Positions 1-10,977 of a DNA stretch of 64,000 nt are shown in pieces (position 1 is the stretch's first letter; the number at the start of each line of letters is the position of its first letter). The notes under the pieces are model-generated. The model had not been told where the DNA came from, did not search any database, and worked only from the letters and a program-made list of their open reading frames with translations. Source of the stretch: Octopus sinensis (Eukaryota); the NCBI RefSeq assembly GCF_006345805.1, contig NC_043006.1:62001-126000 (forward strand), in the 5' to 3' direction. A program made the position numbers and the translations under genes.

Positions 1-570
1 GAGATTTCCTTCTCCAAGGTAGATTACCAACCATGATTAAAGAGCTTCTATCTGCCCATGAGGTAAGCTATCTCATTTCAGACACCAAACTGACACTCAA
101 ACACTCTATAAAGTGATCAAATATCACTCTGGTGACCGACGCGGAGTAGCTCATTCATACATAAGAAAAAGTACGATATGTGATTTGGGAATGCAAATAA
201 GAATTGAATATAAATAATATATATATAAATATAAAAAAGTAATAGATATGCAATCTAAAAATATGTCAGGTAGCTTGAGTGGTACTGGTAACATGTAATC
301 CAGTACAACCTGTCGCATGGTCGGGTCGTCGGTAACTAAACTGGAAACCCCACCAAGCTTGCTTAGTGAGGAGGGTGTTGTTTGGACACCCTGTGAGATG
401 AAAAATAACACCCGTCAAAGGGCAGAGAAACTCCAGGACAGTCAACGGCCATCCAACAAAATATCTGTAAATATGTATATATATTTTTCTTATATGTATA
501 TTTTTACTTTTATGTATATATTATTTATATTTAAATCATATTTTGTATTTTTCAATTGCATATATTTTAC

Positions 571-635
<65 letters not shown>

Positions 636-637
<2 letters not shown>

Positions 638-1043
638 TAGTGGGTAGCGATTTTCTTCACTACTTCAGGGAGTGACGACCCTGCTTGACACGAGTCCCGG
701 GCTCAGCTGGCTCCTGCTGACAGTACCCGGTATTGGCCCCTATCCAGGGTTACGGAAAGGAGATAACCTTCAAAGAAATCCGGAGTGGAACTCCATAGGC
801 GGTTTAGTGTTCGACTAGACTCTCTTCCGGTAGTTCCTGCGACCAAGCTGGTGCCAAGCGTAGTGCTCTGCACTCCTTTAGACTACGTCAGCAAGGTCGA
901 AAGAGGAATCCTGACGATTGGGCTACCCAGGATTATTTTACATCTAGCCCAGGCCTGCGCAAAACTGGAGGGGACATGAAATGTAAAAACCAGACTGGAT
1001 TAGTTTATGCGCAACTCCATTGTCTCCCGAGACAAAAGGATAC

Positions 1044-1050
<7 letters not shown>
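636..1050 (+). mobile_element. Non-autonomous bipartite RTE derivative (RTE-like 5' UTR joined to RTE 3' tail), flanked by (TA)n
   Basis: 972-1050 (ggacatgaaatgtaaaaaccagactggattagtttatgcgcaactccattgtctcccgagacaaaaggatacc) closely matches the reverse complement of the RTE 3' end at ~32250-32333. The 5' part is GC-richer, non-coding and resembles RTE 5' UTRs (from memory). TA repeats lie on both sides. Confidence 0.7.
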
Positions 1051-1087
<37 letters not shown>

Positions 1088-1242
1088 CAACCCATGCTAG
1101 CATGGAAAGCGGACGCTAAATGATGATGATGATGATGATGATGATGATCACTCTTTTATATATATATATATATTGGTAAAAACGGTAAGATAACAAAAGA
1201 AAGAAAGAGACCTCAATATTATGTAAATAGAGGAAATTTATC

Positions 1243-2476
1243 TATAAAATAATATGTTACATTACTCGATAGTCAAGATAAAACTCTGAGTTTCAGATGC
1301 CGAAGTGGAAATCCACAACACCATCTTTTCGGTTATCTGACCATCTGAAAAACGTTATGAAAAAACACCGTTATATAAAGGGAATTTACTGTATTATAAT
1401 TCTGCTCGCGAACCCACGTGCGTACTTATACGTCACTATGAAAACGTACACATCTTCACTCGCATTTTTCGCCAAATATATACGCATATATATATACAAA
1501 CTCATACACACACACATGCGTACCGTAAAAGTTCATACATACGTCTATATACGCACAAGCACAAGAAAAACCATGGTTAAAGCAGCTTAGACCCTACTAC
1601 ATGTCTAAACTCAAGGACAGAACGTTTCGGATCATGCCCATATGTGACTAAATTTATGTTACGTTTTTGGTCCCCAAAGAAAACAGATAGAACTTGCTTT
1701 CTATATTATGTCCCCAAAAGTTTTTTTATCTCATTATACCTTTTATTATTTCATATATTTTTATATTTTGACACATAATAATTTTTTCTGTACTCTTCTA
1801 TCCTGCATTTTTTCCTGTGCCTATATAGACGTGTATATAGATTCATTTTTAAATGTGTGTGAATATGTATGAGTGGGCAGTTTTAGATGTGTGCGTGTGT
1901 GCGGGCATAACAATGCACATATATATATATAGACGTTTTTACTTAGTATTTTTCCAATTTTTTTTGGCGGGGGGGATATATGTATATTCATTTTTTGTAT
2001 ATGCGTGTGTATGTATGCGTATATAAATATGTGCGGGTATGTACATATATGGGCTTGTGTGTGTATGAGTGCATAGGGGCATGTCCGTATATGAACGTGG
2101 TTTTTATGCTTTGTATACTTCCTTGTTTTTTTCTGTTACCTTTGACCATGGTTTTTCTTGTGCTTGTGCGTATATAGACGTATGTATGAACTTTTACGGT
2201 ACGCATGTGTGTGTGTATAAGTTTGTATATATATGCGTATATATTTGGCGAAAAATGCGAGTGAAGATGTGTACGTTTTCATAGTGACGTATAAGTACGC
2301 ACGTGGGTTCGCGAGCAGAATTATAATACAGTAATTTCCCTTTATATAACGGTATTTTTCATAACGTTTTTCAGATGGCCAGATAACCGAAAAGATGGTG
2401 TTGTGGATTTCCACTTCGGCATCTGAAACTCAGAGTTTTATCTTGACTATTGAGTAAATGTAACATATTATTTTAT
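1243..2476. mobile_element. Inverted duplication (~340-bp arms, ~560-bp spacer), probable Penelope-like terminal-repeat structure
   Basis: 1243-1582 is the near-exact reverse complement of 2140-2476, which explains the mirrored ORFs 1297..1590+ and 2136..2414-. Each arm holds a hammerhead-like fold. 11065-11137 is another copy of the adjoining 1170-1237 segment. Inverted repeat seen directly; Penelope identity inferred. Confidence 0.6.
2381..2443 (+). ncRNA. Degenerate type-I hammerhead-like fold (core CCGAAAA); mirror copy at ~1276-1338 on -
   Basis: Stem I agataa/ttatct, core ccgaaaa, stem II gatg...catc, GAAA, near-palindromic stem III ctcagag, UU. G8 is replaced by A, so it is probably inactive. 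Confidence 0.35.
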
Positions 2477-2879
2477 ATATATATATATATCAAAGAGTGA
2501 TCGAACTTCAACCGTGGTTTCGAACAGACTTTCGTAGTCACACCATCATGCCTGCGCCTAACAAAAGCAAGCCTAGACTCTAAAAAGTCAATAACATAAA
2601 CCTCTTGTGTCGTTCTCGTCGATCTGAAATGAACCTTAAATCACTGCATTGTATTTATATTCAAGCGACAACAAAATGTCTGCTGAGTCTGCCATTTTCA
2701 CGCTTCAGTTGCGGTTGCTATTTATTTCCATTGGCTGAAATCAAAACTTAATAATCATTCCAGAACAATCGAAATGCACAGAACTATTATTACCTTGACA
2801 ATCACTGTGTTCGTCTTCGTACTTCATCATCATCGATCATAATCATCACGACCATGGTGATGATCATCATCATCATCTC

Positions 2880-3977
2880 CCGAGCCGAACTCTCTGCGCT
2901 GCTCTGCTTCCGATGCCGTCAAGACATCATTCATTGAACCGGCTAACAAAGGTGGAGCTGTGTTTGTGTGGTGTGTAGACTACTGCAAGTCTGAGGCGCT
3001 CCGCCAACTCCTAGTCACCTCCTTCATCGCTCTCTACCCTCCAACCCCACGTCACACTATCAACAAATTGTTTCTTCTATTATTCACGATCATATTTCCT
3101 GCTCTCTTCTACTCTCCACCGTCTCCAACCTCATTGTCGTACCTCACGCACCCCCACCATTTACTTCCTTTCAAGACTCCGCCCAATTGTTTCCACCAGC
3201 GGCTGCCCCATCGAACTCATCTCCAAATATCTCGACCTTGTCCTCGCTCTCCTTGTGGCTTCTCTCCCCTCACACATTCATCGCACTAACCATGCTCTTC
3301 ATCTTTTCAATTATTTCTCCTTTCCTCTCGCTCCCTTCAGATTCCTGTTCACCCCTAATATCAAATCGTTATCCTTCACAATGAAAGTTTCCTTGCTTTA
3401 AAACATTTGCTCCTATCCTCGTCTTCTTCCTCAGCTTGATACCTCTATCTTCCTCTGTTTGGGTGAACCCGTCCCCTCTCTTAATTGCTTCTCGTTCGTG
3501 AGTGAATTTTATTACCAGGTCTCGGGAGTGGCCATAGGAAAGAGAATAGGTCGTAACTATGCGAACCTGTTCATCGGCTGTGTTGAGGTCTAAATATTCT
3601 CACAGTTCACTGAGCTCTGTGGTCTATACACTGACAACCGCATCGGCGCAACCACACTCTCTCCCGCGAACATCTTGACTGCTTCCTCTCTTTTGTCCTG
3701 TCCTACTCCACCCTCGACTTCTCTTCTTCTGTCCCCAACACACCTCCATCAACTTCGACATTTCTGTCACTATCCACCACTCCTCTCTTACCTCCTCCAC
3801 TCACTACAAACGCACGCACTCACGTTCCAATTTTAACTTCTCCTTACATCCTACCCACACCAAACTGTCCACCCCTTACTCTCAGTACCTCCGTCTCCGC
3901 CGGCTCTGTAGCGACGACCATGACTTCGAGACACTGTCCCAACTCATGGCTCGCTACTTCACCCAACAGGGATACGG
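2880..3977 (+). mobile_element. Penelope-like element, decayed reverse transcriptase region
   Basis: Broken-frame translation gives IEPANKGGAVFVW (IKPADKGG motif), SLNCFSFVSEFYYQVSGVAIG..NYANLFIG and HYKRTHS..HPTHTKLSTPYSQYLRLRRLCSDDHDF..YFTQQGY, all typical of Penelope-class RT and thumb regions. Confidence 0.8.
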
Positions 3978-4049
3978 ATCTAGTTTGTTTCATTCGCAAA
4001 ATGAACCCCCTTTAATTTTGTCCCGATTCCTTTTAATTTTGGTGTATCG

Positions 4050-4330
4050 ATGCAGTTCTGAATTTTGATTACGATCAACCAATTACTTTATCTCGTACAT
4101 TAAAGAATCTGATGTTATTTGGAATTAAAATTGGAGAAATTTGGTTGATTTTAGCCAATCAACAGACAGCAAGGCATGAACAGCTTGTTACCATGACAAC
4201 CGCACGTTGTGTTGTGTTTCACTTCATCTACACGTTGTGTTGTGTTGATTCTTCACACCACGAAATTTACTTCACCTGCATGTTTTGTTTTAATAAAAAT
4301 TTACATTTATAAATTAGAGTTTTATTACAG
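4050..4330 (+). repeat. Unclassified interspersed repeat, second copy at ~59965-60182
   Basis: Direct match of ~220 bp (ctgaattttgatt.cgatcaaccaattactttatctcgta.attaaagaatctgatgttatttgg...cacaccacga). The 4050 copy carries an extra internal segment bounded by a repeated cacgttgtgttgtg. Confidence 0.75.
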
Positions 4331-4334
4331 ATAT

Positions 4335-5401
4335 TTTTCGTCGATTGTCTCAATATTTTCCATATTTTCCATATATAGCAAAAGCTGTTTGCGATGTTTC
4401 TACAGTTTCTTGGCATTATGAAGATGAATGGAATATGTGAACTTAGTGCACAACCGCACACCTACACTTCAAGCACAATACTGACAAAGCATCGATGACT
4501 CATCGCCCCGCCAGAAAACTGGCTGCCTCGGCAAAAATAAGCAGAACATCGATGTATCAAGCACTGAACGAGGATCTCAATATACGCCTCTGCAAGATGA
4601 TCTGCTGTCATAAGCTCGCGCAGCTTTATAAGGCCATGAGGCTGGAGAGAAGTCGTCTTATTCTGTGTCAGATTGTAGATGGCACGCTGCCAGCCTGGTG
4701 TTTACTGATGAAAAGAAATTCGACATCGAACAAACAGTAAACCACCAGAATGAGCGACTTTGGAGTGTATCGAGATCCGTCGAGGGTAAACCGACGTCAA
4801 AATCCAGTCAGTTATGGTTTGGGTGGCTGTGACAGCCACTGGAAGGTCTCTCTTCGTCTTTGTGTTCTCGGCTGTAACAATTAACACCCAGCGATACATT
4901 AGCGACATTCTGGAAGCTGAACTGATTCCATGGAAGAATGAGCACTTTCAAGGAGCACCGTGGAGCCTCCAGCAGGACTTGGCACCATCCCACAGTTCCA
5001 AACAGACACAACACTGGATTCAGAAAAAACATTCCGTCATTCACAGGCAAGGATGTATGGACCTCAAGAAGCCCCGATCTCAACCCGCTGGATTTTTCTC
5101 TTTGTCCATTTTGGAGACGAATGACTCGAGCACTTCTCATGCTTCGCTCGACTCTCTGAAGGCAAAACTGCAGCAGGAATGGGCTTCGATTTCGCAAGAA
5201 CAGCTGCGTTCCGTGTGTGAAGCATTCGCAGCTAGACTTATGGCTGTGATTCGAAACATTGGTGGTCATATCGAATAAATATGGTAGTGTCATAATTGTG
5301 TTTCCTTTACCATTATATTGCAACGCTCGGGTCCGAAATATAACAACATTTTACTTTGGCAAAATTGAAAAAAGTTGGTTGCCTTAATTTTGGGACACCC
5401 A
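4335..5401 (+). mobile_element. maT-family (DD37D) Tc1/mariner transposon, frameshifted
   Basis: FTDEKKFDIEQTVNHQNERLW, VMVWVAVT, and QQD-x37-D (QQDLAPSH...WTSRSPDLNPLD) across ORFs 4495..4740, 4814..5278 and 4938..5159. A right TIR-like ccttaattttgggacaccc lies at ~5382-5400; the left TIR was not found. Confidence 0.85.
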
Positions 5402-5472
5402 ATCTATACCAGAAGCAACAGCGTGACTCAAAGACTAAGTCTGTTGCGCTTCTACTAAATACTAAGGATATA

Positions 5473-5527
<55 letters not shown>

Positions 5528-5699
5528 ATATACCCATGTTTTGAGTTCCATTTTCCATGATTGCATCACTGAACACACACACGTACACACACACACACAC
5601 ACACACACGCATACACATACATACACTCACACACATATATATATGCACATGTGCTTACAAACACACACACACACATTTTTTGTCTAGATCATCACATAA

Positions 5700-5745
5700 G
5701 CAGCAACAACAGCAATTGTAGTAGCAGTATCATTATTATTGTTAT

Positions 5746-5794
<49 letters not shown>

Positions 5795-5935
5795 GGTGGT
5801 GGTGGTGGTGGTGGTGGTGGTGGTGGTGTGGTGGTGGCGGCGGCGGCTGCGGCAGCGGTAGCGGCAGCGGCAGCGGCAGCGGCGGCGGCGGTGGTGGTGG
5901 TGGTGGTGGTGGTAGTAGTTGTAGTAGTAGCAGTA
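5700..5935. repeat. Compound trinucleotide microsatellite (AGC/AGT/GGT/GCG)
   Basis: Directly visible; source of the poly-S/G/V/A pseudo-ORFs. Confidence 0.95.
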
Positions 5936-6497
5936 GAGTATCATTGGCAGCGTTGGTGATAACTGAGTACGAAATATCATCTGCCATGCACTCGCTGTTT
6001 TATCGTCTGCTTTATCTAAATGGCTTCCAAAACCATTTCCCACACTGATTACGCCACTGTTTCACCAACCTTACTTCAAACAAACAATTTCTGTCACGTT
6101 ATGTTTCCTATTCAACATTACCATTCCATTTACTCAACCGATAAATATTTCACTATTTTTGAACACAAATATTTTTGCTGTAAATATTTGCAGAGAGAGA
6201 GAGAGAGAGAGTGAAGAGAGAACCACTTTGGAAAGAGAAGGAATCTCCAAGAAGATTGAAACTGCAACGTGTTTTTTTTCTTCTTCTTGTAATCCGCTGT
6301 TCTATGAGACACTGATCGCGAATAAGGGGGAAGGAAGAGGATATGGGATTATGCATTCGTGGATGTTACCCACTGGATCCTATCGGGTAATCGGTTTCCT
6401 ATGGGAAACATTTTCTACATGCATCATTGATCAAACAGAAAATGCCAAATGAACGAATGTGAGGTAAGAATCAAGGGTATCAAGAGATTGTGTTATA

Positions 6498-6905
6498 TCT
6501 TTATCTTTTACTTGGTTCAGCCCGTAAGCTGTGGCCATGCTGGGGCACGCTCTTGGTGTTGCTACGCTTTTACAGATCCTCCTTTTGCGGTAGGCATTTG
6601 ATGAATGATTTCGAAGTTGTTGCCCTCAGTTGTGTTCTTCGCCATAATGTAGGCTCAACTAGAATTCTAGACAGTAGAAAGTGCAGTCGCTTTTTGAAGA
6701 CATTTACACCCACATCATGTAGGCCTCTTAACTGTTTCGGTAGAATGTTGAAAAGTTGTCGACCTTATCCTAAAACTGGACGGTGAGGATTTGATATTTG
6801 GCACCATGCGGTGATGATCTGTTCGGGGCCAAAGTTTAGTGCAAGTCTTCCCAGAATGTTCCAGACGTATATAACGGCATATGTTTCCTGTCACACTCTA
6901 GGAAA
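6498..6905 (-). mobile_element. CR1/L2-group LINE 3' fragment with 3' UTR tail
   Basis: Minus translation includes GRQLFNILPKQLRGLHDVGVNVFKKRLHFLLSRILVEPT. The same family occurs at 60693-60960. Tail gtgccccagcatggccacagc..ctgaaccaagtaaaaagata. Confidence 0.7.
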
Positions 6906-6909
6906 TATA

Positions 6910-7101
6910 GCCTTAACTTATCCAGCCTTTCCCAGCAGCTGATCTGTGACATTGAGGAACAAATTTCACCATAAATTTTACACTACCATGACGACAATTG
7001 GGAACTTGGTCAGAATGCCTGTAACAATACATACATACAAACGCATAGATCCATCCATCCATACATACATACATACATACATACATACATACATACATAC
7101 A

Positions 7102-7133
<32 letters not shown>

Positions 7134-8400
7134 GCAAAACAATATCCCACAATGCATTTGCAGTACCAGAGCTGATCCCAGCAGTTGGGATACTTGATTG
7201 GTCTGTAGAGGAAATCCACTCCATAGATGTCAAGACCCGCAAAATCCTGACAGCAACTGGGAACTTCCACAGACACAGTAATGTTGACAGGCTCTATCTA
7301 ACAGGAAATGAAGGTGATAGAGGCCTGAAATCAGTGCAGACGGCCTTCGAATGCTGTATAGTATCCCTTCAGGCAGCACCTGATAAATAACAGCAGTAAA
7401 AATAAATATATAAATGTAGTCCTGAAAAGTGAGGTGAGCAACATTGTATGAGTTGGCAGTGAACTCCACAAGAAGCACTCTCTTTCTGATGATTTGCTGT
7501 GCAGGCCCAAAACAGCTGGGCTCTCTTACCCGAGAGAAGATCTGGATGGAAAACATTCAGCATACAAAAAAAAAATTATACATGGGTATGTTGTCCAGAA
7601 GCTTGAAGAAGACAGTAGAATTGACACGAAGTGAAGCCTCTCTCGGACACAAGACTACTAAATCACATCACACTTTGAAGGCTATGCGTTTGCAATCCAG
7701 GAACAGGTGAGTGCCACAAGGTACTTGGTGAACAAGAGAGACAGTGACGCTCTTGTAACCCCAAGGTGCAACCGCATATGTACGCTATGTCATGTTTCTG
7801 TGGAAGACATCACGCATGTGATTAGCAGCTGTCCTAAAATGTTGTCACGGTACTACCTCTCTATGCGGCACGATGTTGTCGATAAAACAATTTACAATGC
7901 CACCCGTAAAAAAGACTGTCCTGAAATAAACTTAGAATATCCCTCATAAACACCAACTCAGGGAATACTGGTAGAATATTCCCAGCAAAACTTCTGACAA
8001 TTGTAAACAAAGCAGGCCGTATATTGTTGTTTGGGACAGAGGGGCAAAGGTATGTGCCATCATAGAGGTCAGCAGCCCTACAGTTATAAAAATCTCTTTG
8101 AAAATCAAAGACAAGGAGTGTATCTATGGACAACTGCATCGGAACCTCCAGCTTCTACTTCCAGACTACGTATTCATATTCATACCAATAGTAATTGGAG
8201 CATTAGGTTTTGTTAGTAAATGCTTAAAGGAGAATCTGGATAAACTGGAATTCGTACGTTACAACCGGCTGATTCGTGAGTAAAAATACGCAAGACTTTT
8301 CTCAAGTTTCAAATGTGAGTTTGTCTCCGTTAAGTACATCCAAAAGATGGAACCATGTGTCTTTGTTAGAAATCTGCTCTCTCCTCAGTGGAAGGCTTAT
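6910..8400 (+). mobile_element. R4/Dong-like non-LTR retrotransposon (restriction-like endonuclease), 5'-truncated and decayed, with an internal (TACA)n
   Basis: HNAFAVPELIPAVGILDWSVEEIHSIDVKTRKILT..NVDRLYL..GDRGL, zinc knuckle CTLCHVSVEDITHVISSCP, RHD motif, RP(Y)IVVWD..IIEVS, and FIPIVIGALG. Confidence 0.8.
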
Positions 8401-8430
8401 ATAATTAAAAATTAGAACACACACACATTG

Positions 8431-8509
<79 letters not shown>

Positions 8510-8613
8510 TGCTGCTGATAAGTTGGCGCGATGACGGTAGATTTTGAAAATTTAGAGTATATATTCCCAAGGCATCGATGCTGTTGCCTCGTGGAATATA
8601 TATTCCCCTGGCT

Positions 8614-8722
8614 TCTTTGCCGATGAGACGGGCCAGTGGTAAATTGACTTGATTAATTTAAATTTAATTTAATTAAGCAGGTTTGCCAAAAAGTACGTCG
8701 AAACGATGCATAGTCCAAAGAT
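8614..8722 (+). ncRNA. Type-I hammerhead-like ribozyme, variant core CCGAUGA, extended stem II, GUC site
   Basis: Stem I tctttg(8614-19)/caaaga(8717-22); core 8620-26; stem II gacg/cgtc enclosing a ~66-nt AT-rich hairpin; GAAA 8701-04; near-palindromic stem III cgatgcatag; UC at 8715-16. Confidence 0.6.
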
Positions 8723-8942
8723 GATAAGGGTAAATGTTTTTAATTTTCCTTCGATTTCTAAATTACTACTATTTAGCGGTTTGAGTTTGGCTGCTCGTTT
8801 TAGTGAGTTGAATGGCCTATTAAGGCCATTCCTTAATATTATTGTTGAATGTACATTATATAGTCTGTTGACTATTTTTTTCTTTCTCACTAGACCGCTG
8901 GTGGCGAAAAAATTTCTATTGAATTTTTTGCTACCCTGATGA

Positions 8943-9430
8943 AATTAATATAAGCAGCAGTTTGCAATGTTTGCAAGAGGAATTATAATTGTCACCAAAT
9001 GTGACTCGGGTGTTAGGAAACACCTACATTGATGGAAATTAGAACTAAATCGCTCCAATGCTGTTGTTAAAGCACCTGAATGAAGACATAGACACCAACA
9101 GAGACCATAATCGTCCGAAAAGCGCCAATAGAGAATTCATAACACTGACGTCAGTTTCGGCAATATCTGTTGCCTCATCAGTTAAGATCACTCGATTGCT
9201 TAGATCTTTCCGGACTCGCTTCGCCATTAGTATTTATGTTTCCGTCATTCAAATTATTGGATGATTTAGCGATTCGCTAATGCGTATATATAAAATTAAT
9301 ATAAACAGCAGTTCGCAATGTTTCACCAAAACAGAGAATTATAATTGTTACTAAACGTGACTAGGGTGTTAGGAAACACCTACATTGCTAATCCACTCTA
9401 ATGCTGTAGTTAACGCATATGAATGGAAAT
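8943..9430 (+). repeat. Diverged direct repeat (~130 bp) at 8943-9075 and 9293-9430
   Basis: aattaatataa.cagcagtt.gcaatgttt...aattataattgt.ac.aaa.gtgact.gggtgttaggaaacacctacattg occurs twice, ~350 bp apart. Confidence 0.8.
9138..9186 (-). ncRNA. Minimal type-I hammerhead fold with canonical CUGAUGA core (N17=G, probably inactive)
   Basis: Minus strand reads cttaa CTGATGA ggcaa cagata ttgcc GAAA ctgacgtcag T G ttatg, giving a perfect 5-bp stem II and a perfect palindromic stem III. Confidence 0.65.
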
Positions 9431-9477
9431 ATATACAGATAAACACACATACACACGCATTCATACACACATACACA

Positions 9478-9532
<55 letters not shown>

Positions 9533-9949
9533 CACATAGATATATATACACATAGATATATATATATAATATGTATAAATATATCTCTTATTATAAAAGG
9601 CAGATTTTATCTGCCTCCCTTTGGGAGTTATACAAATCTACAATATAGGATTTCTTCAATTACAATTTACCTTGCATTTTTAAGAGTACAATGCATCGCG
9701 TCATGCCAGGTCCAGTTTTTAAAATTTAAACTCCAATTAAGCAAAATTTACAGAAAACTCACATTCTGGTGTGTGTGTCAAATGCTTTTCTTAGTCTGGT
9801 TTACACCACACGCAAACGCACACACACAGTGGGCAACGAATAAAATGAAACTAATTCACTTACTGTAGTGAGTGATTCTTTCACTCTGCCTCCCACTTCC
9901 TCTTTCCACACATAGACGCGCAAATATATAAATAAAATTATAAGCTAAC

Positions 9950-9985
<36 letters not shown>

Positions 9986-10084
9986 GTGTGTGTGTGTGAG
10001 GGTGCGTGTGTGTGTGTGTGCGTGAGTGTGTGACAGGAAAGTTTTTTTACGACGAATATAAGACCTATATCCAAGTAGCAGAAA

Positions 10085-10350
10085 GATAAGACAGTAAGGT
10101 GTGATTTGAGGGAGATTTGGCTGCTATTTCTACCATGTCTAGCTGCCATGTAGGGGTCTCCCTCATAGGCTCATACATACATATATACATAGATAAGACA
10201 GTAAGGTGTGATTTGGGGGAAATTTGGCTGCTATTTCTACCAGGTCTAGCTACCATGTAGAGGTCCCCCTCATTGGCTCATATATATATACATACATAAG
10301 ACAGTAAGGTGTGATTTGAGGGAGATTTGCTGCTGTTTCTACCAGGTCTG
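10085..10350 (+). repeat. Three tandem ~105-bp units with embedded (TACA/TA) microsatellite
   Basis: gataagacagtaaggtgtgatttgagggagatttggctgctatttctacca at ~10085, ~10192 and ~10295. Related diverged cores at ~48765 and ~52715. Confidence 0.85.
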
Positions 10351-10424
10351 TTAGGCCTTCTCATGTAAACTCAAGCTTTCTCATGCCTTGAACATAAGAC
10401 CAAAGCAGAGAATGTATTCTTTTA

Positions 10425-10630
10425 TTCTTCTGCTTTTTCCAGCCATTGGTCTGTGGCCATGCTGGGGCAATGCCTTGAAGAATTGTAGTTTAATGAATCA
10501 ACTCCAGTTTTATTTTTGTAAGCATTGTACTTATTCTATCTGTTTCCTTTGTCAAACCACTAGGTGACAGGGATGTAAACAAACCAACATTCGTTGTCAA
10601 GCAGTGGTGGAGGACAATCACAAGCACAGA
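10425..10630 (-). mobile_element. SINE family A, old diverged partial copy
   Basis: Recognisable ggccatgctggggca...tacttattctatc...gatgtaaacaaaccaacat..gttgtcaagc blocks of family A. Confidence 0.6.
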
Positions 10631-10669
10631 CACGCTCACACACACACATACATGCATACACATATACAC

Positions 10670-10700
<31 letters not shown>

Positions 10701-10718
10701 TATGTGTGTATATATATA

Positions 10719-10977
10719 TTGCAGCGTGGAAGGTGTTTGTAAGCCATTTAAGAAACACACAAAAACCGTTACATTCACTTCAACATTTAAATTTAATTTG
10801 CCAAAATATTTTTGTCGCTTTCAGACCGCGACCTGTTCACTGACAAAAATATCGTGCTAACAGGTCGCGGTCTCAAAGCGACGAAAATATTTTGACAAAT
10901 TAAATTTAAATGTTGAAGTGAATCTAACGGTTTTTGTGTGTTTCTTAAATGGCTTATAAACACCTTCAACGCTGCAA
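10719..10977. mobile_element. Fold-back (palindromic) MITE-like element, ~120-bp arms and ~20-nt loop
   Basis: ttgcagcgtggaaggtgtttgtaagccatttaagaaacac...ccgcgacctgtt is mirrored by aacaggtcgcgg...gtgtttcttaaatggcttataaacaccttcaacgctgcaa. Confidence 0.85.

Noticed and set aside
900-965. CTGACGA in the RTE-derived element
   Set aside because: No GAAA follows a closable stem II in the correct order.
1583-1735. Possible GIY-YIG C-terminus (KQLRPY..NLLSILC..KFF)
   Set aside because: Similarity is too weak and interrupted by stops to call a feature.
5651-6043. ORFs with poly-S/G/A/V/H/P/T tracts (also 15224-15861 and 16152-16471)
   Set aside because: Translations of trinucleotide microsatellites in several frames; no domain content.
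10085-10350. CRISPR-like repeat-spacer array
   Set aside because: Eukaryotic context, the units are wholly homologous with microsatellite spacers, and there are no cas genes.
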